The position numbers were made by a program, and so were the translations under genes. Below are positions 63,135 to 64,000 of a stretch of DNA of 64,000 bases, in pieces. The notes below the pieces were generated by a model, which worked only from the letters and a program-made list of their open reading frames with translations, was not told where the DNA came from and did no database searches. The stretch spans positions 71,246 through 135,245 of the forward strand of contig CATQHT010000003.1 in assembly GCA_958296045.1 (NCBI GenBank). Reading direction: 5' to 3'. Every line of letters begins with the position of its first letter. Position 1 is the stretch's first letter. Source of the DNA: Rhodothermales bacterium (GTDB taxonomy: Bacteria > Bacteroidota > Rhodothermia > Rhodothermales > Bin80).

Positions 63135-64000
63135 ATGAAGCCACCAATTGCCCTTGTCACGGGCATCACCGGACAGGACGGGTCATACCTGGCAGAATGC
63201 CTGCTCGAAAAAGGCTACATCGTGCACGGCGTCAAGAGGCGGTCCAGCCTGTTCAACACGCAGCGCATCGATCACCTCTATCAGGATCGGCATGCAGGCG
63301 ATGTCCGATTCCTGCTGCACTACGGGGACCTGACCGACTCGACTAATCTGATCCGCATCGTGCAAGAGGTGCAGCCCGATGAGATCTATAACCTGGGTGC
63401 CCAGAGCCATGTTCAGGTCAGCTTTGACACTCCAGAATACACGGCCAACGCGGATGCGGTAGGCGTGCTGCGAATTCTGGAGGCTATCCGCATCCTGCAG
63501 ATGGAGGATACCGTCCGGTTTTACCAGGCATCCACCAGCGAGCTATACGGCAACGCGGCCGAGGTCCCGCAGAATGAGAAGACGCCGTTTCGGCCACGCA
63601 GCCCGTATGGCGCGGCCAAACTCTATGCGTACTGGATCACGATCAACTACCGCGTCGCGTACGGGCTCTATGCGTGCAACGGCATACTCTTCAACCATGA
63701 GAGCCCGCGGCGCGGCGAAACCTTCGTCACGCGCAAAATTACGCGGGCAGCAGCCCGCATCAAGCTAGGTTTGCAGGACTGTCTTTATCTCGGTAACCTC
63801 AACGCGCTTCGTGACTGGGGCCACGCCAAAGACTATGTGGAAGGCATGTGGCTGATGCTGCAGCAGGACAAAGCCGACGACTATGTACTGGCCACTGGGC
63901 GCGAAGCCACCGTTCGAGAGTTCTGCAACCTGGCATTTGCCGCCCTCGACATGGATCTCGAATGGAGCGGCAAAGGGACTGGTGAGTATGCTACGTGCCA
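63135..64000 (+). CDS. gmd: GDP-mannose 4,6-dehydratase (partial, runs off the right edge)
   Basis: Hand translation from the ATG at 63135: [49 protein letters not shown]…QASTSELYG…[14 protein letters not shown]…[17 protein letters not shown]… It is absent from the track as one ORF because no stop lies in the window. Confidence 0.9.
   Translation, partial: MKPPIALVTGITGQDGSYLAECLLEKGYIVHGVKRRSSLFNTQRIDHLYQDRHAGDVRFLLHYGDLTDSTNLIRIVQEVQPDEIYNLGAQSHVQVSFDTPEYTANADAVGVLRILEAIRILQMEDTVRFYQASTSELYGNAAEVPQNEKTPFRPRSPYGAAKLYAYWITINYRVAYGLYACNGILFNHESPRRGETFVTRKITRAAARIKLGLQDCLYLGNLNALRDWGHAKDYVEGMWLMLQQDKADDYVLATGREATVREFCNLAFAALDMDLEWSGKGTGEYATC

Overview
High-GC (about 63-66% by hand counts) chromosomal window from a Bacteroidota/Rhodothermota-like organism. 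That guess rests on CarboxypepD_reg/STN-type TonB-dependent receptors with DUF4249-like partners, an ECF sigma/FecR pair and many lipobox proteins; the taxon is not proven.

- 0-19.5 kb, conserved core: hemW, two tandem DUF192 lipoproteins, an iscA-like gene, sufB-sufC-sufD-sufS::sufE-sufT, a TBDR/DUF4249 pair, cspA, and a sugar-utilisation cluster (MDR dehydrogenase, Tat-exported TIM-barrel isomerase, AGE-family epimerase, SSS symporter, three tiny TM ORFs, amidohydrolase).
- 19.5-31 kb, decaying accessory DNA: a DUF1080-PA14 gene with two in-frame stops. A beta-propeller dehydrogenase-like gene is split by a 2.8-kb inverted-repeat-bounded cargo element and then fused to a GMC-oxidoreductase tail. 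There are also nested IS21 / IS1634-like insertions.
- 31-48.4 kb: a 12-kb co-directional minus-strand string (ECF sigma, FecR, STN-TBDR, DUF4249-like, 1000-aa BNR/sortilin-like protein, IolE-like, IolG-like, class I aldolase). It is followed by an asparaginase-like gene and an imuB-dnaE2 mutagenesis cassette with a small overlapping DUF6504-like ORF.
- 48.4-59.6 kb, IS graveyard: IS3-like relic, ISL3, a 3.9-kb IS21 with an internal 302-bp tandem array, an ISNCY/IS4-like IS and IS21 relics. It encloses a low-GC island.
- Right end: PH-domain protein, UDP-xylose synthase, 1.65 kb with no credible gene, and partial gmd.

The best candidate for something new is a family of secreted Cys-rich modules that I could not place in any known family. 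It occurs as two stand-alone peptides next to a DUF5128-type 6-bladed beta-propeller lipoprotein (54.3-56.7 kb). It also occurs in a Cys/Gly-rich ORF and at the C-termini of two paralogous lipoproteins inside the 2.8-kb cargo element (21.6-24.4 kb). All homology statements are by-eye motif recognition; no searches were run.
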